From a virus (Duplodnaviria; Caudoviricetes), in the IMG/VR virus record IMGVR_UViG_3300001528_000621, positions 32,001 to 96,000 of that record: a stretch of 64,000 bases of DNA. One strand, 5' to 3'. A program made the position numbers and the translations under genes. This document shows positions 1-10,774 of the stretch, piece by piece. Positions within the stretch are counted from its first letter, which is position 1; every line of letters begins with the position of its first letter. The notes beneath the pieces are model-generated. The model saw only the letters and a list, made by a program, of their open reading frames with translations, had not been told where the DNA came from and did not search any database.

Positions 1-2716
1 TAGTCCTGCAAGTTTACTTTCAACCATAGCTTTGGTTATCTGGAAAAACTTCTTGAAAGTAGACGAAGTAGCTTCAAACCTCAGACAAAGGATAGGTTCT
101 TGGGAATTTGCAGCAGCAGCAACAAATTCACAGTTTGCTACAAGTACTCAATGGCTTGAAATGGCTGTGGGACTTGCAGACGAGTTCCATATTGACCCTG
201 TTCTTGTATTTAGCAACGCTGAAATTGGCAAGATGGCCGAAGCTAAGAATCTTCTTGGCTATACCAACAAACAAGCCCAAAATTTAGGTGTATCTTCTAA
301 GCTTGTAGGAATATCTTCTGACCAGTTCCGAAAGAACATGAAGGAAGGTTGGCAGAACTATGTTAAAACAACAGGAACTGCTGTACATCTTGGTGGAGTT
401 CAAAGAGAGGTTCTTAATACTTCTAATGCTATTAGGCTTTCTTACGGAGGTCAAGGAGAAGCATTAGCAAAAGCTGCAGCAGCTGCTCTTGAGATTGGAA
501 TGAGCATGCAGCAAGTAGAGAATGTAGCTAGTAACTTGATTAGCTTTGAATCTTCTATTAGTGCTGAAATGCAAGCTCAGTTACTTACAGGAAGACAGCT
601 AAATCTTGCTAAAGCTCGAGAGTATGCTCTAAATAACGACATTAAGGGGGTTGTAGGGGAGATCAAGAAGCAGGGCATTGACATGAACTTCTGGGGTAAT
701 TCAAATAGAATTCAACAGGAGAACATGGCTAAAGCACTTGGAATGTCTCGAGAGGAACTAGCTCAAATGGTCGTAACTCAAGAACTTCAGAACGGTGCAT
801 CTACAACAGCTATAGCCAAAGCTATGAAGATATCTGAAGAGAGCGTCAAAGCTACAGCACTGTCGATGGAGTGGAAAACAACAGTAGCTAAGCTTTCTGA
901 AGCATTTACACCTATTCTCCAGATCCTTCGACCTGTTGTAGAGCTTATAAGCTTTGCAGGACAGCTAATTTCGCCGTTTGTTGGATGGATTTCAAGTCTC
1001 TTTGGACTTCTCGATAAGATAAACGATCAAACATCTACGTGGATTAAGAATCTAGCTAGGTGTGTTCTAATATTACCTCTCATCGGTAAAGGGATGGGAA
1101 CGATAGCTGTAGGAGCTGGTAAAGCAACAGCATCCATGGCAGCACTACCAGCAATGCTTGTAAAGCCTTTTAAAGGTCTTGGAACAGCTGTTAAAGACAT
1201 TAAGCAGGACGGAGCATTAGCAACTTTGAAGAAAGGTTGGAGCTCTATAGGAGAAAAATTCAAACAAGGAAGAGAGTCGGTTACTGCACCTGGACAGCAA
1301 AAACCGGGTAACCTAAAGAAAGCTTTACAAGGAACCCAAGTAACTGAAGCAGCTGGTAGAACATCGCAACGAGTTACCGGAACTGGAAACAATTTACCTA
1401 AGCTTGGATCCAACATCAGGACCTTTATTAATAGGGTTGGAAAAGCTGTAGGAATTACCACAGTCGGATCGGTAGCAAGAGTGTTTGCTTCATCAGGAGC
1501 ACGAATGGCTACAGGCCTTAGAGCTCTAAATTCAGTTAAAGATTCTACCAATTTACCAATTCTTGGACAAAACATAGCTTCGTTTGTAAAGAGTTTTGGA
1601 ACTGTCAAAGGTCTTGGTAAGTTTGCAGGAATTTCGACTATCTTTGCTCTGTTTGGAAAACCAATGGCTTTTGGAGTTAGAACCCTTAATACCGTAAGCA
1701 AGTTTTCTGATGGATTGCTTAAGCTTGGAAATAATGTAAAATTCTTTATAGATACATTTAAGACCGTAACAGTTAAGAACATAGGAGCTTTCATTGCTGC
1801 TGCATCTTCGTTTGCAATCTTTGGGGTACCAATGGCTCTAGGAGTTGCGTCTCTTAATCTTGCAAGCAAGTTTTCTGATGGATTGCTTAAGCTTGGAAAT
1901 AATGTTCTGGGCTTTATGGTTCCGTTCAAAACTATAACAGCGGGGAGTCTTGCAAAACTGGCTGCATTTGGAGTTGCAGCAGCAGTAGCAGCGCCAGGAA
2001 TACTTCTTCTTGAACTTGTATCACCGTTTGCAGGTCTTCTACCGGCTTTAGGCACAGCTATAGCTAGTTTTGGAACAGCTCTTAGTACGGCAGCTGGACC
2101 AATTTTAATCGGTAGCGGGGTATTAGCAGTTCTCGGAGCTTCTTTAATTCCTGTAGCGTTTGCATTACGATTAGTAGCACCGGCTTTTTCAGCTTTCGGA
2201 GACGTAGTAGTAGCTTTAGGTTCAGCAATAAAGTCAGCTTTTGAAGGAATCGGAAGTGTAATTACTACAGCCTTCTCGGGAATGTCAGCTCTTCTAGAGA
2301 ACATTACATTTGAAAAAGCAGCTGCACTTGGCGCTGTTGGTGTAAGTTTCGGAGCATTAGCAGCAGGAATGGCAGCAGCTACTGTGGCCATAGCAGCATT
2401 CCCTAGGAAGAAGTTTGCTAAGATTCTGGAAACAGCATCTGAGATAAAAGCTTCAGATAGTACTCAACTAAAGAGTACTGAGGAGAAGCTAGGAATCCCA
2501 AAGGAGAACATAAAGGAAGCTTACTCTGAAGTAACTATACAAAGAACGCAGAATTTACAGAAATCCCAAGAGATCTCCGTAAATCAAAAAGAAGCAGACT
2601 ATAGTAGGATTGAACGAAAGATGGACACTATTATAAAAGCTATAGAAGGTTCTCGACCAGACTGGAATTGGCTTGAATTTCAGCGAGAACTAAGAACCAA
2701 TACAGTAGGAGCATAG
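1..2716 (+). CDS. Tail tape measure protein, probably 5'-truncated by the window edge
   Basis: Helical N-terminal part (SISAEMQAQLLTGRQLNLAKARE), long Ala/Gly-rich hydrophobic repeats, located directly upstream of baseplate-like genes. The frame is open from the window start, so the TTG at 32 is probably not the true start. Confidence 0.8.
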   Translation, partial: SPASLLSTIALVIWKNFLKVDEVASNLRQRIGSWEFAAAATNSQFATSTQWLEMAVGLADEFHIDPVLVFSNAEIGKMAEAKNLLGYTNKQAQNLGVSSKLVGISSDQFRKNMKEGWQNYVKTTGTAVHLGGVQREVLNTSNAIRLSYGGQGEALAKAAAAALEIGMSMQQVENVASNLISFESSISAEMQAQLLTGRQLNLAKAREYALNNDIKGVVGEIKKQGIDMNFWGNSNRIQQENMAKALGMSREELAQMVVTQELQNGASTTAIAKAMKISEESVKATALSMEWKTTVAKLSEAFTPILQILRPVVELISFAGQLISPFVGWISSLFGLLDKINDQTSTWIKNLARCVLILPLIGKGMGTIAVGAGKATASMAALPAMLVKPFKGLGTAVKDIKQDGALATLKKGWSSIGEKFKQGRESVTAPGQQKPGNLKKALQGTQVTEAAGRTSQRVTGTGNNLPKLGSNIRTFINRVGKAVGITTVGSVARVFASSGARMATGLRALNSVKDSTNLPILGQNIASFVKSFGTVKGLGKFAGISTIFALFGKPMAFGVRTLNTVSKFSDGLLKLGNNVKFFIDTFKTVTVKNIGAFIAAASSFAIFGVPMALGVASLNLASKFSDGLLKLGNNVLGFMVPFKTITAGSLAKLAAFGVAAAVAAPGILLLELVSPFAGLLPALGTAIASFGTALSTAAGPILIGSGVLAVLGASLIPVAFALRLVAPAFSAFGDVVVALGSAIKSAFEGIGSVITTAFSGMSALLENITFEKAAALGAVGVSFGALAAGMAAATVAIAAFPRKKFAKILETASEIKASDSTQLKSTEEKLGIPKENIKEAYSEVTIQRTQNLQKSQEISVNQKEADYSRIERKMDTIIKAIEGSRPDWNWLEFQRELRTNTVGA
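1696..1905 (+). repeat. Exact 42-bp direct repeat inside the tape measure gene (1696-1737 and 1864-1905)
   Basis: AAGCAAGTTTTCTGATGGATTGCTTAAGCTTGGAAATAATGT occurs twice, 168 bp (56 codons) apart, encoding SKFSDGLLKLGNNV. Confidence 0.9.
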
Positions 2717-2719
2717 TGT

Positions 2720-4945
2720 ATGGAAGAAAAGTATAAAGGAAATAAAATAGGATCTTCAAAAAGTAAAGGAATTTTTCAGACTTACGATGAAGGTGGGTCT
2801 GAAATGAAGCTTTTACAGTATGGAACCTTCCTAAAAGGTTCAGCTCCGCTTGTAACTAAAGATATCAATTCAGGGGAACCTCTAGAGCGAGACGGATGGT
2901 TTAAGCTTTATACCCAAACATCTGAAGTTGCTGTTCAAAGAAGAATTGATGATGTTAAGAGAATCACAAAATTTATAGCGACTCCTAAAGGTGTTTTGTG
3001 GGAGAGTAGAATGGCTGCTCTTGAAACAATACAGCAGAACCTACAGCAGAAAACATCGGGAAAGATTAAGAATATACAAGATAGAAACCTTAGTAGTGGG
3101 GATACTACATCTTTTCTTAAGAGAGCTCTGAATTCTGTGAAAAATTTCGGGAAGAGTGCATTGAGAGGAGTAGGACTTACAGCTTCTACTCTTGCTCAGG
3201 TAGGTGTTTCTGGTACCGGAGCTCATATGGATACCTACATCTCTAGAGCGTATCTTACTGATGGAGGTGGAGGTACACTTAACCAGCTTTTGTCTTATGC
3301 TGGAATTACGAACGGAGGAGGATTGAACGGAGCAGAGAAGGTTTTAGGAGGAGCAACAGATGTTCTCGGAGAAGAGCCTTGGAAGCACATACCTGATGAG
3401 AAAAAGCTTGTACCTGAATCAGCTATAGGAAATAGAGGAGAGCAAGACTACTACGGAATATCTACACCTTCTTTTCTTTCCAAATATCTGAAAGATTCGC
3501 AGGATACAAAGAATTATTTAGGTGAAAAAATATCAACAGGATCTGCATACCTAGAGACAGAGCTTCACGGCGTTTCTAAAGCTAATCAGTCTTCTATGAC
3601 TGAAAGGCCTGTTCATTCAGGAGTCCAGAAATCAGATACTAAGGATCTCGGAAATAGGTATGGGGACGTAAAAAGTATAGATGAAGAAGACCTATTTAGA
3701 ACAGATCCTAGAAAAACTACAGGTATTTCAAAAGCAAAGCCTGTTTCGAGGGATATTTCACAAACACCGGTAGAGAGAGTAGCTCGACTTTACGACGGAT
3801 ATACTGCTAAGGGTAACGTAAAGAGCGGGGAGTCTGACGATCATAGGTACATTAAGACACCTTCAATAGGTACAGATAACAGACTTTCTATTAACAGGGA
3901 AACCGGAAGCGTAAGGACTCTGTATGATTTCGATTCAGTAGAAGAGAACGGATATCTGAAGACCAATACAGACAGTGAAGAGTACTTTAGAAACAAGAAA
4001 GATGTCTTCGAGTTAAAGAAAAACCAGAAAGAGGTAGATGCTACTGTTACGGTTTCTTCTAAGACAAAGAAAAAACATCCGACTACTACTCGAGATGAAA
4101 TTTACAGCATGGTTTATGAGTCTGAAGAACCAGACTATGTAGTAGAATCTGATATTTCTTGGAAAGATCATCCAACCATCTTACAGGAATTCAGCTTAAT
4201 ACCGTTCTGCATAACTACAATAACGCCAGAACATCGAACATATCTGTATTTTCCTGCATACCTAGAAACATACGAGGATAGCTATACCGGAGATTGGGAT
4301 AGTCAGCAATATATTGGAAGGGCTGAAAAGTTTTATGGATATAAAGGTTTCAGTAGAAGCATTAGTTTAAGCTTTAAAGTTATAGCTAAGCAGCAAAAAG
4401 ATATAATACCTCTATATCGAAAACTTAATAGGCTTGCAGGAGCGACAGCACCGAGTTATGGAGGAGATCAAGCTTTGTTTATGAGAGGTACGCTTGCATC
4501 TTTGTCTATCGGAAGTGACAATTCAGGTTACGGAGCGGATACAGGAAACGGTCTTCTCAACAATCAGCTTGGATTTATACCAAACGTAAAGTTTTCATGG
4601 GATAAGGACGATCCTTGGGAGATAGATTCAAAGACATACCGAGTACCGTACGTATTGGGTGTAAGTATGACCTTTACTCCTATTGAGAAAGAAGAGATTA
4701 AGGAAGATTACGGTGCATTCTTTGTATTCAATCCTCAGCAATCTACACAAGAGCCAGAACCGCCAGAGCAGGTTAATAGTCTTCCAAACACCGAAGAAAT
4801 TCAGACACGCACTGTGATGTTTGACGATTTAATGAGACAAGTACCTATTCAGCGAGACAACACAATGGTCTATACGGGTGTAACGCCTGATGGACAATCG
4901 ACTTCACCCGTAGGTAGAGGCGGTGGCGGAGGAGGTATAAGCTAA
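2720..4945 (+). CDS. Baseplate/tail-tube initiator-like structural protein
   Basis: Follows the tape measure gene. C-terminal region (FPAYLETYEDSYTGDW..YIGRAEKFYGYKGFSRSISLSFKV..WEID..P..V..TFTPI) is typical of myophage tube-initiator/baseplate proteins. Confidence 0.55.
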   Translation: MEEKYKGNKIGSSKSKGIFQTYDEGGSEMKLLQYGTFLKGSAPLVTKDINSGEPLERDGWFKLYTQTSEVAVQRRIDDVKRITKFIATPKGVLWESRMAALETIQQNLQQKTSGKIKNIQDRNLSSGDTTSFLKRALNSVKNFGKSALRGVGLTASTLAQVGVSGTGAHMDTYISRAYLTDGGGGTLNQLLSYAGITNGGGLNGAEKVLGGATDVLGEEPWKHIPDEKKLVPESAIGNRGEQDYYGISTPSFLSKYLKDSQDTKNYLGEKISTGSAYLETELHGVSKANQSSMTERPVHSGVQKSDTKDLGNRYGDVKSIDEEDLFRTDPRKTTGISKAKPVSRDISQTPVERVARLYDGYTAKGNVKSGESDDHRYIKTPSIGTDNRLSINRETGSVRTLYDFDSVEENGYLKTNTDSEEYFRNKKDVFELKKNQKEVDATVTVSSKTKKKHPTTTRDEIYSMVYESEEPDYVVESDISWKDHPTILQEFSLIPFCITTITPEHRTYLYFPAYLETYEDSYTGDWDSQQYIGRAEKFYGYKGFSRSISLSFKVIAKQQKDIIPLYRKLNRLAGATAPSYGGDQALFMRGTLASLSIGSDNSGYGADTGNGLLNNQLGFIPNVKFSWDKDDPWEIDSKTYRVPYVLGVSMTFTPIEKEEIKEDYGAFFVFNPQQSTQEPEPPEQVNSLPNTEEIQTRTVMFDDLMRQVPIQRDNTMVYTGVTPDGQSTSPVGRGGGGGGIS

Positions 4946-4955
4946 AAGAGAAACA

Positions 4956-5261
4956 ATGGCAGATAGCAGATACTATACAAACACACTCTTACAGGACAAT
5001 CAGACAGGTAGGAAGTATTTAGCTAATACTCTCTACCCCGATGTTCCTGTTTCTGAGGACGATTGGTATGTAATAACAACTGTAGGAGATAGGTACGATT
5101 TACTCTCGTATCAATTCTATTCAACTACAGACTACTGGTGGATTATTCCTATAGCTAACGGACTACCAGCAGACTCTCTTTGTCCAGAGGTTGGAATTCA
5201 GATTAGAATACCTGCAAACCCTACAGTATATGCTAGACTTGTAGAAGATGAGAACGATTAG
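4956..5261 (+). CDS. LysM-like baseplate wedge / tail X protein
   Basis: GDRYDLLSYQFYSTTDYWWIIPIANG...GIQIRIP is a LysM/gpX-like pattern in a baseplate context. Confidence 0.75.
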   Translation: MADSRYYTNTLLQDNQTGRKYLANTLYPDVPVSEDDWYVITTVGDRYDLLSYQFYSTTDYWWIIPIANGLPADSLCPEVGIQIRIPANPTVYARLVEDEND

Positions 5262-5263
5262 GA

Positions 5264-8200
5264 ATGGCAGCAGATAAAACATTTACAGTGGATCAGCCGG
5301 AAAAAATAGAAGGTTCGTTTACAGCTAATATTCCGATTGATATCATAAAGCAAATAGAGGTTCGAGAGAAGAGATTCGGACGAAAAATTCATACTGAAGA
5401 GGAACTTGAAGTTATTAACGGAAACGCTGTTTGGGTCCTTCTTCGATCTGGTGTGGACGTACCTATCAACGAGGCTGAGTGTCGAGAACTCAAATCTCTA
5501 GAAGCTCGAAAAAGCGTACAGACTAGCAATAAGCAAGCTTGGGCAGGAATATTGGGAGGAGACTTAAAACCGAACGGAATGCCAAACTACCACTTGGCTG
5601 GTATTGAGGGTGCAGACCAAGCCCAAGATAGAGCAGCTTATAGGTTAGATGCAGTTCAAGGTCATAGAGCAATACCGGGAATTACGGGTTTTTCTGTAGT
5701 TTCTAAGGACACTTGGGGTATGATTCTTGAAGCGACTGTGAATATCAAGGTTTGGTCTCGAGATGACTTAGAACGCATGGATCTCATATATTTCAAGCCA
5801 GGTTTTACTGCTCTTCTTGAGTGGGGTCATACACTGTATTTTGATTCGAACGATGAGATTAGAAGAGTTCCTGAACCGATGATAAGTAATGAGGAATTCT
5901 TTGCAGGAGGTCAATTTGATGATCTAGATAGTAAAATCTACGAAGCTCGTAAAAGAGACTGCAACAGGGAAGCATGTTTCGGTTACATTACTAATTTCTC
6001 TTGGAAATTTAATAGGGATGGAAGCTACGACTGCACTGTTAAGATGGTTTCAAAAGGAGCTGTTTTAGAGGGTCTTAAGCTTAAGAGCGGAAAAACATCG
6101 GGAGAAGCAGACGTACAAAAAGACCATAACTGGTGGGATATCTCGATTTTTCATAAGATTCTAAAATGCTTTCAGGATAGGTACAACTATATGCCAAGTC
6201 CTGGAACAGTCTCTGGAAACCCTGCAGTTACGCCTCTAAATGAAACACTGGATCGATGGAAAATGCCAGGAAGTACGTCGAAAGGTGAGCAAAAAAGTCT
6301 AATACTATCCGCAGTAGCCTCAATAAACCAGGGAATGTCTTCAATACCGAAAAGACAGGGTACTATAATTTCTGAAACAGATGCTCGAATTAAGAAAATT
6401 CAGGATTTTCCGGTTCTTGCAGTGCCGTTGGGAAGTGGAGGTCTTTTTCATTCTCAAATTGAAGGGTTTTACATTCAACTCAGGTCTCTCTTACATCTCA
6501 TAAATGTATATGAGCTTTGGGATGGAGACGGATATAGAGGCTTTTATGACCTCTTAAGTCCAGCTAGGTTTGGTCATGGGGACGATAGTACTGTTGTAAG
6601 TCTAAATCCTATCGTAGCTGCAACCGAAAGTCAAAGTGAAGCTATAAGCTCTAAGATATCTCTAAAAGCGCTTAATCTTGTAACGCAGTCAGAGCTAAGA
6701 GATGCAGATATTATTGGAAATATCTGGGTGGACTATTCAGCGTTTTGCGCTGTAGTAGCGAGACAGATTGATGCTCAAGGTTCTGATTACCGGATAGACC
6801 TTGTTCTTCGTGAATTTTTATCAGAAATTCAAAAAGCTCTTGGGAATATTCATAATTTTGGGGTCCATACAAATCAGATGATTGGAGGAAATTGTTATGA
6901 GATCGTGGACTTAGCTAGCGTTAGAACTAACAAGGATAAGAATATTCCTAGGGATATCGGAGTTTCTGGACTCTTTAATACGGTTCTAGATTTAAACGTT
7001 GAGAGTGACGTTTCGTCTGACATAGTTAATGAGATGTGCATAGCCGCAGCTGCCCCTACTACTTCTGAAGATGGAGCTGAGTCAGCAGACGAATGTATGG
7101 TTTTTTGGGGGGAAAATTGTAAGTCTAGATGGACACCTAAGCCATTAAGTTCAGGAGGAAGTAGTAAAAACACTAAAAGTAGTAACGATTCTAGAGAAGG
7201 TTTTGATGAAAAACTTGCTAAGCTTTATAAAAGACTCCGAAGAGGAAAGTTAGATAAGAAAGCTCACGGAGAGCAAGTACAGACAGATGCAATTCAAGCT
7301 AACATTGCTGAAGAACTTATAGACATTCAACTTACCGGTGAGAAGCTTTACTTAGATAAGGTGAGGACAGATTTAGGAAACAAGAGTAACTTGCAGATGG
7401 GAATCATTCCAGTTCGTCTAAATCTCACCATGCTTGGACTTTCTAGACTTACTATCGGAAATACTTTCAGAATTAAAAATGGAGTTTTACCTAGAAAGTA
7501 TGACAACTGGGGATACATTATTACAGGTATAGAACATAGGGTTCAAGGAGGACAGTGGGTAACGCAGCTAAAGACTCAGTACTATCCAGTGTATCCAGAC
7601 AATACATACAACGAGGGAAGGTCTTCATCTTCTTCAACAGTATCATCTTCAAATTTAACATCAGAGAAAAACGTGGTAACAGGAGAAAGAACAGCTCGAC
7701 GAGGTCCATATAAAGATATTCTAGAGAACGTTTGTGACTACAGAGTAGCTTTTATTAAGGGAACCGGAATAGACTATGGAGCAGGAAACAAGGTTTCTAG
7801 TAACGGATACAAGAGTCCTTACATGGGTTGGTGTGCAGCATATACCTTTAACTGGGCTAGAGTATACACGCAAGGTAAGAAAGCTTGTGAGACAGGAGCA
7901 AAGCTTCAAAAGCATTCAAGTAATAGGTATGATTATGATGCTAACCCTGGAATAGGTACGTACATACCACAGGTACCTGCAGGGGGTAATGCTGGATCAG
8001 CTGGATATGCAGCAAATCTAGAGAGCATAGGGTATCAGCCAGGGAATACCGTTACTATGTCTGATGCTGAACTTAGGAAAGTTACAGCCGGTACAAATGT
8101 TGGTGGAAAAACAGTGAAAGAGGGTGACGTTCTTGTGTATACTGGACAGGGAGGAAGTCCATATCACACTTGTTTCTTCGACGGTACAAAGTGGCGGTCA

Positions 8201-8308
8201 GATGCGGATCAAAACAGTGCAAATTGCTACGGTTCTAGAGGGAATTACAAAGTTCAGTTATTCTCTTGTACAAAACCGAAGCATAAAGATTGGAACTGTT
8301 CTGCATAA
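5264..8308 (+). CDS. Baseplate hub protein with C-terminal CHAP/NlpC-P60-like peptidoglycan hydrolase
   Basis: Hub-like motifs (LLEWGH; GYITNFSWKFNRDGSYDCTV; YIITGIEHRVQGGQWVT), a Ser-rich linker, then GWCAAY...EGDVLVY...HTCFFDGTKWRSD (Cys/His pair). Confidence 0.65.
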   Translation: MAADKTFTVDQPEKIEGSFTANIPIDIIKQIEVREKRFGRKIHTEEELEVINGNAVWVLLRSGVDVPINEAECRELKSLEARKSVQTSNKQAWAGILGGDLKPNGMPNYHLAGIEGADQAQDRAAYRLDAVQGHRAIPGITGFSVVSKDTWGMILEATVNIKVWSRDDLERMDLIYFKPGFTALLEWGHTLYFDSNDEIRRVPEPMISNEEFFAGGQFDDLDSKIYEARKRDCNREACFGYITNFSWKFNRDGSYDCTVKMVSKGAVLEGLKLKSGKTSGEADVQKDHNWWDISIFHKILKCFQDRYNYMPSPGTVSGNPAVTPLNETLDRWKMPGSTSKGEQKSLILSAVASINQGMSSIPKRQGTIISETDARIKKIQDFPVLAVPLGSGGLFHSQIEGFYIQLRSLLHLINVYELWDGDGYRGFYDLLSPARFGHGDDSTVVSLNPIVAATESQSEAISSKISLKALNLVTQSELRDADIIGNIWVDYSAFCAVVARQIDAQGSDYRIDLVLREFLSEIQKALGNIHNFGVHTNQMIGGNCYEIVDLASVRTNKDKNIPRDIGVSGLFNTVLDLNVESDVSSDIVNEMCIAAAAPTTSEDGAESADECMVFWGENCKSRWTPKPLSSGGSSKNTKSSNDSREGFDEKLAKLYKRLRRGKLDKKAHGEQVQTDAIQANIAEELIDIQLTGEKLYLDKVRTDLGNKSNLQMGIIPVRLNLTMLGLSRLTIGNTFRIKNGVLPRKYDNWGYIITGIEHRVQGGQWVTQLKTQYYPVYPDNTYNEGRSSSSSTVSSSNLTSEKNVVTGERTARRGPYKDILENVCDYRVAFIKGTGIDYGAGNKVSSNGYKSPYMGWCAAYTFNWARVYTQGKKACETGAKLQKHSSNRYDYDANPGIGTYIPQVPAGGNAGSAGYAANLESIGYQPGNTVTMSDAELRKVTAGTNVGGKTVKEGDVLVYTGQGGSPYHTCFFDGTKWRSDADQNSANCYGSRGNYKVQLFSCTKPKHKDWNCSA

Positions 8309-8326
8309 CAAGCTTTTAGAAAAATT

Positions 8327-8358
8327 AGCGTTAAACGAAAGTTTAGCGCTTTTTCTTT
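8327..8358 (+). terminator. Intrinsic terminator after the tail module
   Basis: AGCGTTAAAC-GAAA-GTTTAGCGCT hairpin followed by TTTTCTTT. Confidence 0.7.
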
Positions 8359-8401
8359 CAACTATACTCCTTATATTTATCTGTACATAAAAATTTAAGC
8401 A

Positions 8402-10774
8402 ATGATCAAAAGTGTAATAAAGAGGGACGGGAACGTCGCAGAGTTTGATATCGATAGGATCAAGGATTCTATTTCAAAAGCAATGGCTCGAACTGAGAAA
8501 GGTATAGATCCTGACTTGATTGAAAGAATAGCAGAAAGTATATCCAAATCTACATCAGAGAAAGCTTCTGTGGATAAGATTCAAGACATGGTTGAAAGGA
8601 AGCTCATGGATTCTAGAAGAAAAGATGCAGCTCAAACCTACATAAAGTACAGACAGAAGAGAGACGTAGCTCGTCAATCTAAGACTCGGGTAATGTTCGA
8701 GGAAATCATAAATGCAGAAAATAACGATATAACTCGAGAGAATGCAAACATGAATTCAGATACACCAGCAGGTATGATGATGAAATTTGCATCGGAGACA
8801 ACAAAACCTTTTGTAGACACATATCTTTTAAGGGAAGACATTCGAGAAGTTGTTGATAGAAATTATATTCATGTTCACGATAAGGACTACTACCCTACAA
8901 AAAGCTTAACGTGCTTGCAGCATCCTCTTGATACCATCTTTAAGAGAGGCTTTAGAGCAGGTCACGGAGAACTTAGGCCACCTAAGAGAATAGAGACAGC
9001 TGCAACACAGGCATGCGTTTCGATGGAAACAGTGCAGAATGAAATGCACGGAGGTCAAGCAATACCAGCTTTTGATTATTATCTTGCTCCTTTTGTCAGA
9101 CTTGCATACCAGGAAGAGATTGATAAGATTAGTAAGCTCTTTATAGATCTACCGGACAAAGAATATTGGGATGAGATTAAGAATATAGAGATAAAGGACT
9201 ACATTACAAAAGAGCTACCTCCTTCAAACACACTACCAGCAGCGGGATCGTTTGTAACGTATCCGACTAAGGAGAGAATCATTCAGATGGCTATAAACCA
9301 GACTGTTGACAGGGTTCATCAAGCAATGGAGTCGTTCGTACACAATATGAACAATATTCATTCTAGAGGAGGAAATCAGGTAGTCTTTAGTTCAATCAAC
9401 TACGGTACAGATACTTCTGCAGAGGGACGATGCATTATTCGAGAGGTTTTGAGAGCTACAGAAGCAGGTGTAGGTAACGGAGCTACAGCAATCTTTCCTA
9501 TCCAGATTTGGAAGCTCAAGGCCGGTGTCAGTATAAATCCTGGAGATCCAAACTACGATCTCTTCAAGTACGCCTGCAAAGTATCGGCTAGAAGGTTCTT
9601 TCCGAATTTCTTAAACCTGGATTCAACCTTTAATAAGACTGATGAATGGAAGGAAAGTGATCCGGGAAGGTATAAACACGAGGTTGCAGTAATGGGATGT
9701 AGAACAAGACTGTGGTTGGATAGGTTTGGAGAGACAACTTCGATTGGAAGGGGAAATATCTCATTCACAACGATAAACTTACCAAAACTTGCTATTGAAG
9801 CAGCTATCGAATGTGGAGCGTTGGTAAAGAACGAGGAAGGAAAGTATATAAGAGCTGAAATCAAGGATACTGAGAAGATGTTCAAGCTCTTTATGGAAAG
9901 GCTTAAAGAGGTTGCAGATCTTGCAGCTGAACAGCTTCACGAAAGGTACAAATTTCAGGCTACAGCAAAAGCAAAGCAATTTCCTCTTCTTATGTCAGGT
10001 CTTTGGAAAGGTTCAGAAAACTTAGGACCAGAAGATTCCGTAGAACCTGCAATTAAGCACGGAACATTGAGCTTAGGTTACATTGGGCTCGCTGAAGCAT
10101 TGGTTGCAATGTTCGGAAAGCATCATGGGGAGTCTGAAGAAATGCAGGAGAAAGGTCTAGAGATTGTAGGACTTCTTAATGATCTTTGTAAGAATAAGTA
10201 CAGTGAGGAGTATGACCTAAACTACACTTGCTTGGCAACACCAGCTGAAGGTCTTTCGGGTAAGTTTACGAAAGTGGATAAGAAAGAATTCGGCGAAATT
10301 AAGGGTGTTACGGATAGAGAGTACTATACGAACAGTAACCATGTGCCTGTATACTACGACTGTTCTGCAAAGCATAAAGCTGAGATAGAGGGACCTTATC
10401 ATAAACTAACGCCTGCTGGTCACATCTTTTATGTAGAGGTTGATGGAAAAGTAACAAGTAATCCGGACGCTGTGGAGGATATTGTAGGGGTTGCAAGAAA
10501 GAATGATTGCGGGTACATAAGCATTAACTACAATTGTTCTAGGTGTGAAGACTGCGGTTACGAATCGTCAGAAGAGTTTGAAAACGGGATTTGCCCTAAA
10601 TGTAGCAGCAAAAACACAACGTACCTAGCCCGTATCACGGGATATTTAGTCGGTACAACTAGCAGGTGGAACTTAGGAAAGAAAGCAGAACTTTGTGATA
10701 GGGTATCTCACGAAGGTCAAGAAAGACATACAAATCTTGAGATGATCTATGGACCAGAACCTCAGAATTCTTAA
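8402..10774 (+). CDS. nrdD: Anaerobic (class III) ribonucleoside-triphosphate reductase with ATP cone
   Basis: VIKRDG ATP cone, RENAN, MHGGQ, SRGGNQ..SSINYG, MGCRT, TPAEG, YYTNS, CxxC..CPxC Zn site, RITGY glycyl-radical motif. Confidence 0.97.
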   Translation: MIKSVIKRDGNVAEFDIDRIKDSISKAMARTEKGIDPDLIERIAESISKSTSEKASVDKIQDMVERKLMDSRRKDAAQTYIKYRQKRDVARQSKTRVMFEEIINAENNDITRENANMNSDTPAGMMMKFASETTKPFVDTYLLREDIREVVDRNYIHVHDKDYYPTKSLTCLQHPLDTIFKRGFRAGHGELRPPKRIETAATQACVSMETVQNEMHGGQAIPAFDYYLAPFVRLAYQEEIDKISKLFIDLPDKEYWDEIKNIEIKDYITKELPPSNTLPAAGSFVTYPTKERIIQMAINQTVDRVHQAMESFVHNMNNIHSRGGNQVVFSSINYGTDTSAEGRCIIREVLRATEAGVGNGATAIFPIQIWKLKAGVSINPGDPNYDLFKYACKVSARRFFPNFLNLDSTFNKTDEWKESDPGRYKHEVAVMGCRTRLWLDRFGETTSIGRGNISFTTINLPKLAIEAAIECGALVKNEEGKYIRAEIKDTEKMFKLFMERLKEVADLAAEQLHERYKFQATAKAKQFPLLMSGLWKGSENLGPEDSVEPAIKHGTLSLGYIGLAEALVAMFGKHHGESEEMQEKGLEIVGLLNDLCKNKYSEEYDLNYTCLATPAEGLSGKFTKVDKKEFGEIKGVTDREYYTNSNHVPVYYDCSAKHKAEIEGPYHKLTPAGHIFYVEVDGKVTSNPDAVEDIVGVARKNDCGYISINYNCSRCEDCGYESSEEFENGICPKCSSKNTTYLARITGYLVGTTSRWNLGKKAELCDRVSHEGQERHTNLEMIYGPEPQNS

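Noticed and set aside
1027-2391. 454-aa minus-strand ORF
   Set aside because: Antisense shadow of the Ala/Gly-rich tape measure frame; no motif, and the whole window is otherwise + strand.
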